Source: Mobula hypostoma
Taxonomy: Eukaryota
NCBI RefSeq assembly: GCF_963921235.1
Contig: NC_086109.1
Span: 28,584,001-28,648,000, forward strand
DNA length: 64,000 nucleotides
Reading direction: 5' to 3'
The position numbers were made by a program, and so were the translations under genes. Position 1 is the stretch's first letter; the number at the start of each line of letters is the position of its first letter. This document shows, in pieces, positions 22,953 to 36,100 of this stretch. The notes under the pieces are model-generated. The model saw only the letters and a list, made by a program, of their open reading frames with translations, had not been told where the DNA came from and did no database searches.

Positions 22953-24616
22953 AATCGTGATGCTAGAAAGTTTGTGGACCCTGCAGAATTTTCTTTATTT
23001 AGAAACATAGTAATGTAGAAAACCTACAGCACAACACAGGCCCTTCGGGCCACAATATTGTGCCATAAATGTACTAACTTTAGAAATCCTGTTTCTGCAT
23101 AAATGTGATCTAAACTGTGATCAGATCTTCGCGTAAGTCCTAAAACTAGATAAGGCGGACCCAATTAAATAAATAACACAAAAAAATGACACTTGTTCAT
23201 TTCTTTCTTGAGAAAAATGATCCAATAATACATGTATTTGTTGGGAAAAGTATGTGAACCTTTGCTTTCCCCCTGGAACAACAATAACTTCAACCAAATG
23301 TTTACGGTAACTGTTACAACCCTGCACATTGGCTTGGAGAAATTTTAGGCCATTCCTCCTTTCAAAACTGCTTCAACTCTGGGATGTCGGTGAGCTTCCT
23401 TGCATTAACTGCTGGCTTCAGGTCCTTCCACAACGTTTCTATAGGATTACGTTCAGGGCCTTGACTCGGTCAAAACTCAGTTTTTCTTCTTTTTAAACCA
23501 TTCTATTGTTGATTTACTCATGTCTTTCAGATCATTTTCTTGTTGCATTATCCAGCTTCTATTAAGCTTCAGGTGATGGACTGCTACCCTGACATTCTCC
23601 TGTAAAATATATTGATACAATTTTGAACTCATTGTTCCCTCAACAACTGCAAGCTGTCCAGTCCCTGAAGCAGCAAGGCAGCCCCAAACCATGATGCTCC
23701 TTCCATTGTGCTTCACAGTTGGGATAAATAAGGTTTTGGTGTTGTTGTGCAGTGCTCTTTTTCTTCCAAGTATAGCAGTATGCATTTCTGCAAAAAGTTC
23801 AGCTTCTGTCTCATTTCTGCACAGAACATCCAGGTGGTCTTTTGCAAACTTGGTGCACACAGCAATGCTTTTTTTTGGAGAGCAGTGGTTTCTTCTGTGG
23901 TGTCCTTCCATGAACAACACTCTTGTTCAGTGTTTCTTCTTATAGCGGACACATAAACAGAGCAGAGACTTTAGCAAGTTCTAGAGATTTCTGCAAGTCT
24001 TTTGCTGTTACCCTTGCATTCTCTTTCACCTCCTTCAACATTGCATGTTGTGCTCTTGGTGTGATCTTTGCAGGATGCCCACTCTGAGGGAGAGCAGCAA
24101 CAGTACTGAGTTTCATCCATTTGTAGACAATTTCTCACACGGTGGACTGGTGAACACTCAAGTCTGTAGAAATACTTTTGTAGCCATTGCCAGCTTCATG
24201 CATTGCTACAATTGTTCTTCTAAGGTCCTCTGAAAGTTGATTTGATCAAGGCATGGTGCACATAAACAAATCTTTCTTGAGAGGAGCAGGTTCTGTCAGT
24301 AACCTAACTTTGTGTGTCTTTTTTTTAGGGCAGGGCATCTCCAATCTCATCTCATTGATTGGAACACCAAACTCTAAATAGCTTTTCTAGAAGGAATTAC
24401 TCCAGAGGATCACATTCTTTTTCTAAAAAATACATGTAATATTGGTTCATTTTTCTGAAGAAGTAAATGAAAAGTATAATGTTTCTGTGTTATTTATTAA
24501 TTGAGTTCTGTTTATCAAGTTTTAGGACTTATGTGAAGGTCTGATCACATTTTAGATCAAATTTGTGCAGAAATGGAGACAACTCTAAAAGGTTCACAAA
24601 CCTTCTAGCACCACTG
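22953..24616 (-). mobile_element. Tc1/mariner DNA transposon with long terminal inverted repeats and a decayed transposase
   Basis: TIR GTG(A/G)TGCTAGAA(A/G)GTTTGTG(G/A)ACC at both ends, with about 300-bp inverted arms and a TA duplication. Transposase starts at ATG 24254 and includes PTVKHNGRSIMVWGC, YQYILQENV and WIMQQEND.K. A short CR1 tail is inserted at about 23001-23085. Confidence 0.9.
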
Positions 24617-25826
24617 TACATGGCCACCCAAAATGGCCAGAATGTGCAGCAGAAATCCCTATTCCCCGTTATTTCTAGCAGCAGGGTGAACTTGCCTTTG
24701 ACAGTGCGTGCCTTATGCTGGGGTTGATAGTTGTACTACCATCCAAACTGAGAGGTGAAATGTTGGAAGAGCTATGATACATGTCAGTCATCCAGGCATG
24801 GATTAAAATGAATGCATTGGCTTGAAACATTGTGTGGTTGGCCTGGGATAGGTTAGCAGACTGAGCAGCTTGCCATGCACCTTTCTGGATGGCAACAGAT
24901 TCAGAAGATGCCAAGAGGAGCACCACTCCATCTCTGGGAATAGCCTGCATTGGCCTGGCAGAGAATTCATGTGGATTTTGCCAGATCATTCATGGGCGCA
25001 AATTCCTTGGTAGTAGTGAATGCAGCTACTAAATTGTCAAAAGTGCTCCCAATAGCAACCACTACAGTCTTGCTATCAACTACACTGTTGATGTGTTTAG
25101 AAGCTTCTTCTCAAGGACTGGTATTCAGGAACACTTAGTAGCAATAGACCACAGTTTGTTGTAAAATAGTTTCACTCATTCCTGAAAATGAATGGAATAA
25201 GACATATTGCATCTGCACCGTACCACCCAGCTGCAAATGGCTTGACAGAAAGGTTTGCCCAGAGTTTGAAGAATGCACTGAGAGCAATGTCTGCAGAATA
25301 CAGTACACAGACAGTGAAACAGAAGCTTGCCAATTTCCTCCTTGCATATTGCAATGCAGCACACTCCACAACCAGCAACTCACCAGCTATGCTGCTCCTG
25401 GGTCATCCCTTGTGTTCACACTTGGATCTCCTCAATCCCAATCTCCGAAGCAGTCTGCAAGACAAGCAGCCAAGACAAATTGAGGGCTCCTCAAACAAGG
25501 AGGTTCGATGTTTCACTCCTGGACGAAAGAAGAGATCAAAAGTGCATACCTGGTAAGGTTAAGGAGAGAACTGGACCACTTTCCTACAGAGTGGAAATTG
25601 TGTCTAATGTCATCTGGAGATGACACATCGATCAGTTGAGGAGAACAGAGTCAATTGTTAGAGAGGAAAAATGTCCAGAGCTGTCAGAACCGCTTCCTGC
25701 AGTCCCAGATTTAGCTCCAACAAACAGCACGGAGGAAGCCCCAGAACCTGAGGTTGTTTCACAGCTACAGGTCTCTCCTGCCAAGCAGAGTGACTAACCA
25801 CCTTGTCACTATGCAGTATATCCAAT

Positions 25827-26632
25827 TGTAATGCCCTGGTTAAGATTTCTACTGCTATGCTGTAGGTATTTCATTTTAGCAGTTCTGTAAGAGCAGTCTG
25901 TTCTGCTTTCAGCCTGTTTGGGTTTGAGCTGAGATAAGAGGCTTTGTTGTTCGGCTTAGGAATGTGGCATCAGCCAATCAGGATGGTGGAATTGGGAGAA
26001 GTTTCTAGAGAATGCAGGGCAGAGAGGTTTTTTTTTTGTGAGGGACACTGGTGTGGGTTGAGGTCTTTTTGGCAGGTGCTGGGAGAAGTCAGGAGGGAAG
26101 ATAGCTGAGGATGTTGCCCCTGTTGCACAAGGTGAATCGTGCAGATGAACGGCTTCAAGAAGGAAGGACAAATTCTCCCTTGGGAGAGCCCATTTTTTCG
26201 AGATGGATTTTGACCGACAATTAGCAGGTGGTGTGTGCCTTCATGCAGACTGAAGGTCCAGCGCGTGATTTAAAGAAAATTGTAAGATGTGCTCCAACTT
26301 ATGTGCACATTTGACTGTTTAGTTATGATGGACCCATTTGTTCTTTTCTTTCATAACTGTTTGGTTAAGTTAACATTCTTAAATATACTTCCTTTGTAAT
26401 TGCTTGCAGTGTACGATTTGTGTTCTTGCCAGTAAATCACACAGCATTCACACAAACCGGGGTTTGGGTAGGTGAGACATTCCAACCTCATGGGTTTGGC
26501 GGGACCATGGTCGTATACACCCTAGACATACGGAGCATGAAGAAAGTGAGCTCCTCACCACGGTCCAGTAGGTGTTAGCGAGGGGTGAATGAGCTGCATT
26601 TCCAGAGATGTCCAGTGAAAAGAAGTTTCACA
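25827..26632 (+). mobile_element. Solo LTR nested at the Gypsy 3' end
   Basis: Termini TGTAA...TTCACA, a CCAAT box at about 25973, and a start resembling the LTR at 62562. No clean TSD. Confidence 0.65.
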
Positions 26633-27329
26633 GTATATAAGTTAAGTATATTTGTGTTTATATTTCCTGGTCCCTGTGTTTTCTTTTGATCCGTTTCTGA
26701 AATTACAAAATGTGAAGGTCCTGAGAGCCTGAGCAGGATTATAAAACAAAAACAATCCTGTGATGGAATTCCAGACCGAGAACATTAAGAGCTTTAAAAA
26801 CAGGTAAGAGAATGCTAATATCAATTCTAAACAGTACACGAATATCAATGCAGAGTAGCTGGTATTTGAGTGATATGGTTTTGATTAAAAAGTCTAACAG
26901 TTATATTCTGAATGAGTTGAAGATTCATGTCAGTAGATTGCTTGGGAAGGCCAGTAAAAAATGCATTGTGGTAATCTAGTCTATTTGATATGAAGTGGTA
27001 AATTAGTTTTTCAGAATCATTACAGAAACAAACATATCTTTGCAATACTTCTTAAAATTAGAAATGTTGCTCCGGTCACTTTTTCTATGTGGAATTTAAA
27101 TGTCAAATCTAAATCAAAGATAATACCCAGGCTAATTACTTCTGATTTTACAAGGGGAGACAAGTTCTCAAGTTTTGTTTCTAAAATCTGGTTGCAGTGA
27201 AGTTAATTTTGGTATAATAACAGAGTGATTAATTTAACAGACGAACACCTCAAGGCTTAGAACATTGATCCAGATGCAGGAAATTGAATCCCACTATGTA
27301 GCTGATAATTAGATGTTGTGCAATTAAAG

Positions 27330-28150
27330 AGGAACATGAGGCATCTGTCACAGGTGTAATAGCTGGTGCCTGATTGGGCAACTCCAGTTTGTGAGTCTCT
27401 GTGCTCCTTCCACTAATTCGGCTGGGGTTCTGTGTACTCCCAGTGGATGGGCCTGAAGACCAGGAATGCCAAGAAATAAGGGAGATGTTGCAAATTTTCA
27501 GGGAGGTTTCGAGATCATCATCATACCTTTCCCTCTTTCGTACTGGTAATCTCATCTCTTGTTAAGCTTGAATTCAATATCTGCTTCAGTCGTCGGTTGT
27601 CACACATGCAGACAGTACGGTAAACCTGATGTAAGTACTGAGCATAACTATGGTCTCAGTGCTGGGGTTTTGGTCTGGGAGAGATCACCAATGTTACTTT
27701 GCTTCTCCTGTCAGTGGATTTGGAGGATGTTATGGAGACAATGTTTGTGGGGACTCTTCAGTGCCTTGAGGAGTCTGCTGTAGGTGATCCATGTCTCAGA
27801 TTTATGTGTATTTGTAGGGATTACAGCTGCCTGATAAACCATGAGCTTCTTGCAGAGTGTAAAATATTTATCTTCAACAGCCACGCCCCGTCCTCTTTTG
27901 ACAACCACAGTTTATGTTGGAGCACTGAAGGTGACAGTGAACTTCACCATCAATATCTACATTCAGAGAGATTTAAAATTGTTCACATTGCCTCAAGATT
28001 TGTTGTAGCCATTGTTGATGGGCATTGCTGTTCATCGGGGATAAACTGGTAGATGATTTTTGTTTTGTGGATGTTAGGTGTAAGACCATTTCCTGTGAAT
28101 AATTCAGTATTTAGGTTGGTCATCTTTATCTTGTATGCCACATTTGTTGA
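27330..28150 (-). mobile_element. RTE-clade LINE 3' remnant
   Basis: KLMVYQAAVIPT...SETWITYSRLLKAL...H.HCLHNILQI and KRERYDDDLETSLKICNI..SW. Confidence 0.75.
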
Positions 28151-28404
28151 AAGCAGGTATATTATCATGATTTACGTGACACGAAATTAGTTGTTTTGTG
28201 GCATCCATACAGTACAAAGTCATAAAACTACTATAAATTGTGCAAAAAAAAAGTAATGTTCGTGGGTTCATAGACATTTCAAGACCTTGATTTTGGAGTG
28301 GTAGAAGCTGTTTCTAAACCTCCTCTCTAATGGCGGTGTGAGAAGAGGGCATGCTGCAGATGGAGAGGTTCCTTTGTGGTAGACATGGGTTCTATCACTG
28401 ATCG

Positions 28405-28750
28405 GTGGCTTGATAGCACAGCAGTTAGTGTTTTGCCTTCCATCTCCAGTTACCTAAGTTTGGACCTAGGGTGTTGAGTATGTGGAATTTGCACACCCTT
28501 CCCTTGACTCTGTGGGTTTCCGTGAGATGCTTCCATTTTCTTCCACATACAAAAGATGTGTTGATAGGTTCTTTGGCAAATATAAATGATCTCCTGACAT
28601 AAGCAACTGAGAAAAGTATCAAAGGAGAGTACATGGACATGTGAGAATATTGGATGAAAATAAGAAGATGGGAAATAGAATACTGTAAATGGGATAGTTT
28701 TGGCAGTATCTGGCATGGACCTGATAACGGATCAAGTGGCCTCCTTCTGT
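28405..28750 (+). mobile_element. HE1/V-SINE-like SINE, preceded by a minus-strand Rex1 tail remnant at 28155-28380
   Basis: Core TGTGGAATTTGCACACCCTCCCTTGACTCTGTGGGTTTCC..GATGCTTCC.TTTTCTTCCACA. Confidence 0.7.
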
Positions 28751-28828
28751 GATATAGTCAATGAAGTATTTAGATTTCAAAGTATATCTGATGAATCAAA
28801 CACCCTTTCCAAGGCAGCTGTTAATATA

Positions 28829-29371
28829 CACTCAGTGACTACTTTTATTAGGAAGCTCCCCTACCTAACAAATTGGCTACTGAGTGTACGTTCATGGCCT
28901 TCTGCTGCTGTAGCCCAACCACTTCAAGTTTCGATGTGTTGTGCATTCAGAAATGCTCTTCTGCACACAACTGTTGTGATGAATGTGTGGTTACTTGAGT
29001 TTCTGTCACTTTCCTGTCAGCTTGAGCCAGTCTGGCCATTCTCCTCTAAGCTCTCTCATTAACAAGGAACTTTTGCCCACAAAGCTGGCACTCACTGGAC
29101 ACTCACTTTGCTTCTCACACCATTCTCTGTAAGCTCTAGAAAATCCCAGGAGATCAGAAGTTTCTGAGATACGCTAACACTCGCCTTGCACCAACAATCG
29201 TCCCACGGTCAAAGTCACTTAAGATCACTTTTCCTCACAATTCTGATACTTGCTTTGGTCAATCTGGACCTTTTGACCATGCCTACATGCTTTTATACAT
29301 TGAACTGCTACTACATGATTGACATTAATGAGCAGATGTACAGGTGTACCTAATAAAGTGGCCACTGAATA
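28829..29371. mobile_element. Tc1-derived non-autonomous element (MITE)
   Basis: TIR CACTCAGTG(G)C(C)ACTTTATTAGG / CCTAATAAAGTGGCCACTGA, flanked by TA. A second, partial copy lies at 48850. Confidence 0.8.
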
Positions 29372-30008
29372 TACAGTACATTATGTATGAACAAAGTGCC
29401 AATTTCATCTTCATTACCTTAATATGTTCGAAGGCATCTCTTTCTTAAAATGGTTTACATCAGCACAAATAATGTTAAAGACCATTTTAGCCTGAGAACT
29501 AATCAGAAAGCACAAAATTAATATATTCCATCTGTAAGATTTTAAGTACCATGCTTTATCCTCCTCTGTATATTTGAAGACTCTTCTCATCCATTCTAAG
29601 ATGGATAGTTGAATGGATTATTTCTTCTCTTATATTCTTTGTGGGAGATTAATTCTTTTGAATCCCCTTTTACAGTCTTATCATGTTAGTGTTTCATGGC
29701 CTCAAGGAAATCCTCAAATTGACAGCTTTATAAAAGATTAAGGCTTCACCAACTCTCTTCCTTGTTATTTCTCTCATCAGATTTGTCTGCACAAGCTGAC
29801 TGTAAAAACTACAATATGTTACATTTCTTACAATAGGTATTAAAATTCAGACAGGAAAGTTCATGGGCACAAAAGTTCATTCCACAATTGAGAATGTATA
29901 TTTATTATGGACTAGAAGTTCATTTGACTGAGTCTGTTTTTTATATTTACAAATTGAACTTTCAACACAACAGAATAATTGTATCATGCCTCAAAACTGA
30001 GAACTCAC

Positions 30009-30011
30009 CAG
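30009..30011 (-). other. Candidate 3-nt microexon (CTG)
   Basis: cgtttgtttaacAG|CTG|GTGAGTT. It could instead be the end of a longer exon, or chance. Confidence 0.2.
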
Positions 30012-30170
30012 CTGTTAAACAAACGTTCATCTACCATGGACAATGACTGACAAATCTTATAGCATTAAATTGTGGAGAAGGAAGAAAAATGCATAAAAAA
30101 TATTCCACTCACACAGTATTTCTGAATTATCACACATGTGAGCTACATATTCTGGTGCATGAAAACTTAC

Positions 30171-30201
30171 ATCAAAGGAAGAGTGCATGGGATACTGGGG
30201 C
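30171..30201 (-). other. Candidate 31-nt exon, or 77 nt if an upstream acceptor at about 30248 is used; (R)PQYPMHSSFD
   Basis: atttcaccctaaacAG|GCCCCAGTATCCCATGCACTCTTCCTTTGAT|GTAAGTTT, downstream of a long (CT)n tract in a TE-free island. Confidence 0.35.
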
Positions 30202-30264
30202 CTGTTTAGGGTGAAATTCCAAGACTGTGGTATTCTACCTTGTATGACTTACAGGAGATTAGAA

Positions 30265-30288
30265 AGAAGGATAGAAACAGAGAGAAAA

Positions 30289-30348
<60 letters not shown>

Positions 30349-30385
30349 TGGACTGACGAGGAGGAAGAAAGAGAAGGGGGAGGGA
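30265..30385. repeat. (GA)n microsatellite and polypurine tract
   Basis: Directly visible. Confidence 0.97.
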
Positions 30386-31395
30386 GAATTGAACTCAGGG
30401 TGCAGGGTGAAGAAAATATATGCCAAAAAGAAACACAAAGGCATGAAGTTGAAAATTTACAAACCAAATCCCTCATCAGCCAGACCTTGGCATTTGACCT
30501 AAGGACTTTAAAACCGCATTTAATATTCATGGCCAATGCAATAAAATGGTGAAAATGCAAGGTGATTTATTAGCATGCAGATGTTTTGGGGAAGTGTTTA
30601 TATAGATTGTTAATCTTTTAAAATCTTAATTTCTTTGTATGTTAATCTGAGTAACTGAATTAATTAAGGTACTTCTTTTAAATATTCACTCTTAAATACT
30701 CATTCCGTTCAGCCATTAGAAAAGCAACACTCTAGAAGGTGAAAATGAAATTCAGTGTTTGCAGGATAACTTTTAAAATGAGATTGTCCACTTATATGAC
30801 GCAATAGCCAAACTTCCTCTAGGTTTTCCAGGAATCACAAGCTATTATATCTGATTGCAAACCAGACTGGGTCCCAGGTGCATTGGCTCCATTCCCTTCC
30901 TGTAGCTGTTGAAAGGAATTGGCTGGTATGGAAATAGGCTTGGCAGAAATTTATTACATTAATAACCTTTATTAATTTATAAACATATGAAATTGATGGG
31001 CAAGTAAAGACCAATTAGTCTACTAAGCCTTGGACACTTGATAATATTATATTAAATTTCAGATTACCCCTTGTCTTTTGGAACATTTTGAGAAAACTTA
31101 AAATCTGAAAAAGTTCCTTGAAAGAAACTTCAGAATAAATTGTGTAATCATTTGATCCAAGGTATATTTTGTGTTGTACAGTCACGCACCCACGCAGTAC
31201 CTGAAGTGCTTCCATGCACATAGCCTCTGTTGCTGTGCTGCTGGAATTTTCTCTTATATGTTTTATTAAAGAGCCACACAATTTTCAGGCCATGTAAAAA
31301 TGTCTTTCTCAAAGCAATGGTTGGTCCACGCAGCTGTAAAAGACGTTAGAGGGAACATTGGTTGTGTGCAAAGTACTGCAAGATTACATACTTAC

Positions 31396-31400
31396 ATGGC
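31396..31400 (-). other. Candidate 5-nt microexon (GCCAT)
   Basis: attattcTGCttgattttattccaAG|GCCAT|GTAAGTAT. Confidence 0.3.
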
Positions 31401-32250
31401 CTTGGAATAAAATCAAGCAGAATAATATAGTTTCTAAGAAAAAACTAACATTTAGAAGAGCTGGAAATTCCATTGAAGCAGCGGAAACATTTAGATTGTG
31501 TTTAACATTTAGTGTGCCTCCAGAAGCATAAATCATGAGATACTGACAGAACTCTTTGCTGGACCCTGCCAACAGCATTTTACATGTGATCTATTAATTA
31601 GTATGGCTCCTTGGGTCAATCTGTCAGTTAAATGGCACATGCAGCAACTGAGAAAAATTATTCGTAACCCACTTTCGGATGATTGTTGGCCTGTACACCA
31701 GGAAAACAGCAAGATCAACACTGAGTAACAGGATTTCTTTAAGTTATTTAAAGTATGTATGACTCAACAAACCAATTTATTTGTTTCGTTTGATATAATG
31801 ATAAACGGAGCCTCCAAAAAGGAAACCCTTATATTGTCCTTCAATGTTTGTCCCTTGAACAGACAGGCAGTCACAGACTGAGTCACAACAGCATCTTATT
31901 GGTGGAAATTTACTATTACTACTTTTTCTTTGTTAGTTTTATGATTTACTTCCTTTCAATAAATGAACAATTGCTGACAATGAATCAAATCATGGAATTT
32001 AGAAATCAATATTAGATAGCATTCCACAGTAATGATTTTACATTCTGTAACTCATTCACAGCAATAAAATTAATATAATTTGACTGCTCAACCTGCTAAA
32101 ATAAAAGTTTTGGAAATAATATTGGCCTGTCAGCCAGTATATTCACAAACTCAATGGAAGTAAATTTAACAAATATATATTTAATAATTGAATCAGATTA
32201 TGGAAATGAATTTAATAAAAAAATGTGTAGTTACTGTACAGGATAAAAAA

Positions 32251-32690
32251 CACTCATCGGCTGCCAGCGACGGTGGTGGAGGTGGATACGATAGAGTCTT
32301 TTAAGGTACATGGAGCTCAGAAAAATAGAGGGCTATGGGTAATCCTAGGTAATTTCTAAGGTAAGGACATGTTCGGCACAGCTTTGTGGGCTGAAGGGCC
32401 TGTATTGTGCTGTAGGTTTTCTAAGTTTCTATAGTGATTAGCACAATCCTTTACAGAACCAACAACTGGGGTTCAATTCCCATGATTGCCTGGAAGGAGT
32501 TGTACATTCTCCCCGTGACCACCTGGGTTTCCTTTGGGTGCTCCAGTTTCCTCCCACTGTCCAAAGACAAACCGTATGGTAGGGTAATTGGTCATTGTAA
32601 ATTGTCCCTTGATAGGCTGGGGTTAAATTGGGGGTTGCTGGGTGGCGCGGCTCGAAGGACCTTCTCCTCACTGTATCTCAATAAAAGAGT
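32251..32690 (+). mobile_element. CR1 3' end (32251-32432) followed by a V-SINE (32433-32690)
   Basis: CR1 3' UTR of the same family as 20238-20420; B-box GGTTCAATTCC and V-core. Confidence 0.8.
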
Positions 32691-33146
32691 AAAGATAAAC
32701 TTATTAGATTTGTGGATCATATAAAAGGCTGTTTTACAGCCACATTGATCCCTTTCCAGTTCACACACTGCTCAAATCAGAGCACTGATGATGCTGTAGC
32801 TTCACCTACCACTCTGATCTGTTCCACCTAGAAACAGTGCCTCATATGCAAGCATGCTGTTCATGGACTGCAGTTTGGTGTTTAATATGATCATCCCTCA
32901 GAGGCTGGTGGGTAAACTGTTCTTGTTCTGACTCAAAACCCCTGTCTCTAACTAGGCCTTGGAGTTCTTGACAGAAAGATCCCAGTCAGTCCGAGTTGGC
33001 AGCAACATCTCAATCTCCATCACGCTGAGCACCGGTGTCCCACAGGGTTAAGTGCTCATCCACTGCTGTTCATGCCACTGACTCACGACTGCACTGCCAG
33101 ATCCAGCTCAAATTACATCGTCAAGTTCGCTGATGATACTACAGTG

Positions 33147-36100
33147 CCTATTACCACAATAGGTCTATGGCAGACGCAATCTCAGTGGCTCTTCCAACTG
33201 CCTTCGGAACCTAGACAGTACAAATATCAATGTCACGATGCTGTTCGTTGACTGTAGCTCAGGTTTAACACCATCAATCCTACAGTCCTGTCTGACAGGC
33301 TGCAGAACCTGGGCCTCTGTACCTCCCTCTGCAACTGGATCCTCTACTTCCTAACCAGAAGACCACAATCTGTGCAGATTGATATTAGTACCTCCTCACT
33401 GACAATCAAAACTGGCGCACCTCTGGGATTTATATTTAGCCCACTGGTCTATTCTCTCTATAACCACGACTGTGTGGAAAGCATAGCTAAAACGCCATCT
33501 ATAACTTTCCTGATATAGATTGAACGGGGCAAGACTGCACAAGCATGTGTAAGTCGGACCATGAGGCAGCGGGAGTGTTTAAAAGTGAACAGATTGTGAA
33601 GGTCAGTGATTTCTTCGGCAGTTGAAGGGGGCACGACTGCGCAAGCACATGTAAGTCCAGCTGCAGCTCCTGAAAAACCGAGTTAGGGAACTGGAGCTGG
33701 AGCTGGATGAACTTTGGATCGTTTGGGAGGCAGAGGCAGAAATAGACAGGAGTTACAAGGAGATAGTCACCCCTAATAGTCAGGAGACAGGTAGCTGGGT
33801 GCCTGTCAGGAGAGGGAAGGGGAATAGACAAAACGAGCAGAGCACCCCTGTGGCCATTCCCACCAATAATAAGTACATCATTTTGGATACTGTTGATGGG
33901 GATGACCTACCAGGGACAAGATGCAGTGGTTGTGTCTCTGGCACTGAGACGGGACCCTCAACTCAGAAGGGAAGGAGGAAAAAGAAGAGAGCAGTAGTGA
34001 TAGGGGATTTGATAGTTAGGGGGACAGCTAAGAGGTTCTGTGGAAGAGATTGAGAATTCCGGATGGTCTGTTGCCTCCCTGGTGCCAAGGTCCGCGATAT
34101 CTCGGATCGAGTTCTCGGTATTCTCAAGAGGGAGGGTGAGCAGCCGGATGTCGTGGTCCATGTAGGGACCAATGACATGGGTAGGAAGAGTGAGGAGGTC
34201 CTGAAAGGCCGAGTTTAGGGAGTTAGGCGTCAAGTTAAAGGACAGGACCTCCAGGATAGCAATCTCAGCATTGCTACCAGTGCCACGTGCAGGCAGGTTT
34301 AGAAATAGTAAGGCAGCGCCGATCAACATGTGGCTGAAGACATGGTGCAGATTTGTAGATAATTGGGGAGTTTTCCAGGGAAGGTTGGACCTGTTCCGGC
34401 AGGATGGTTTACATCTGAACTGGAGGGGGACAAATATTCTTGCAGGTAGGTTTGCTAGAGAGGCTCCAGTGGATTTAAACGAGATACAAGGGGGGAGGGG
34501 AACCAGAGAGTAGGAACAGATATAGGGGAGAAGGAAGAAAAAGGAGATAGTAAAGTTGTTTGCACGGTTAATAATAAACAGAGAGAAAGAGGTGGAAAAT
34601 TTCTTAAATGCATGTATTTTAATGCTAGGAGCATTATAAGAAAGGTGGATGAGGTTAAAGCATAGATTGATACCTAGAAGTATGATGTGGTAGCTATTAG
34701 TGAAACATGGTTACAGGAGGGGTGTGATTGGCAACTAAATATTCCTGGATTTCATTGCTTCAGGTCTGATAGAATCGGAGGGACAAGAGGAGGAGGTGTT
34801 GCATTGCTTGTCAGAGAAAATATTACAGCGGTGCTCTGGCAGGATAGATTAGAGGGCTCATCTAGGGAGGCTATTTGGGTGGAATTGAGGAAATGGAAAA
34901 GGTGTAGTAACACTTATAGGGGTGTATTATAGACCACCAAATGGGGAGTGAGAATTGGAGGAGCAAGTTTGTAAGGAAAAAGCAGATATTTGTACTATGC
35001 ACAAGGTTGTGATTGTGGAAGATTTAATTTTCCACACATAGACTGGGAAGCCCATACTGTAAAAGGGCTGGATGGATTGGAGTTCGTAAAATGTGTGCAG
35101 GGTAGCTTTTTGCAGCAATACATAGAGGTATCAACTGGAGAAGGGGCCGTGTTGGATCTCCTGTTAGGGAATTAGATAGGTCAGGTGACGGATGTTTGTG
35201 TTGGGGAGCACTTCGGGTCCAGTGATCACAATGCCATTAGTTTTAATATAATTATGGAGAAGGATAGGTCTGGATCCAGGGTTGAGATTTTTGATTGAAG
35301 AAAGGCTAACTTTAAGGAGATGCAAAAGGATTTAGAAGGAGTAGACTGGGACAATTTATGTTATAAGGAGGATGTAATAGAGAAATGGAGGTCATTTAAA
35401 GGTGAAATTTTGAGGGTACAGAATCTTTATGTTCCTGTTAGGTTGAAAGGAAAGATTAAAAGTTTGAGAGAGCCATGGTTTTCAAGGGATATTGGAAACT
35501 TGGTTCGGAAAAAGAGAGATATCTACAATAAATATAGGCAGCATGGAGTAGATGAGGTGCTCAAGGAATATAAAGAATGTAAAAATAATCTTAAGAAAGA
35601 AATTAGAAAAGCTAAAAGAAGATATGAGGTTGCTTTGGCAAGTAAGGTGAAAATAAATCCAAAGGGTTTCTACAGTTATATTAATAACAAAAGGATAGTG
35701 AGGGATAAAATTGGTCCCTTAGAGAATCAGAGTGGACAGCTATGTGTGGAGCCAAAGGAGATGGGGGAGATTTTAAACAATTTCTTTTCTTCGGTATTTA
35801 CTAAGGAGAAGGATATTGAATTGTGTAAGGTAAGGGAAACAGATAGGGATGTTATGGAAACTGTGATGATTAAAGAAGAGCAAGTACTGGTGCTTTTAAG
35901 GAATATAAAAATGGATAAGTCGCCGGGTCCTGACAGGATTTTCCCTAGGACCTTGAGGGAAGCAGGGGCTCTGACAGAAATATTTCAAATGTCATTTGAA
36001 ACGGGGAGGGTGCCGGAGGATTGGCGTGTTGTTCCATTGTTTAAAAAAGGTTCAAGGAGTAAACCTAGCAATTATCGGCCTGTGAGTTTGACATCAGTTG

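Larger units (their letters stand above)
19011..26716 (+). mobile_element. Decayed Ty3/Gypsy LTR retrotransposon with several nested insertions
   Basis: 5' LTR TGT...AACA at 19011-19242, then a TGG PBS-like site. Gag RFHKQNQLKGESISAYVTELRRL and zinc knuckles CYRCG / CRKCNKVGHIQRAC; protease remnant at about 21850; RNase H HYDP..PMKLACD.S.YG.GAV; integrase WQRIHVDFA and SAPYHPAANGLTERFAQSLK. A 3' LTR remnant at 26660-26716 resembles 19185-19242. RT is largely deleted. Confidence 0.88.
18661..27185 (-). mobile_element. L2 LINE 3' remnant in two pieces (26717-27185 and 18661-19010), split by the Gypsy element
   Basis: FISNRLDYHNAFFTGLP..LQLIQN and NPAQALR at 26.7-27.0 kb continue as SSS...AAKLWNSIP at 19.0-18.9 kb. 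Confidence 0.75.

Noticed and set aside
30187..30560. ORFs with poly-(ER) or poly-(LS) peptides
   Set aside because: These are translations of the (GA)n microsatellite.
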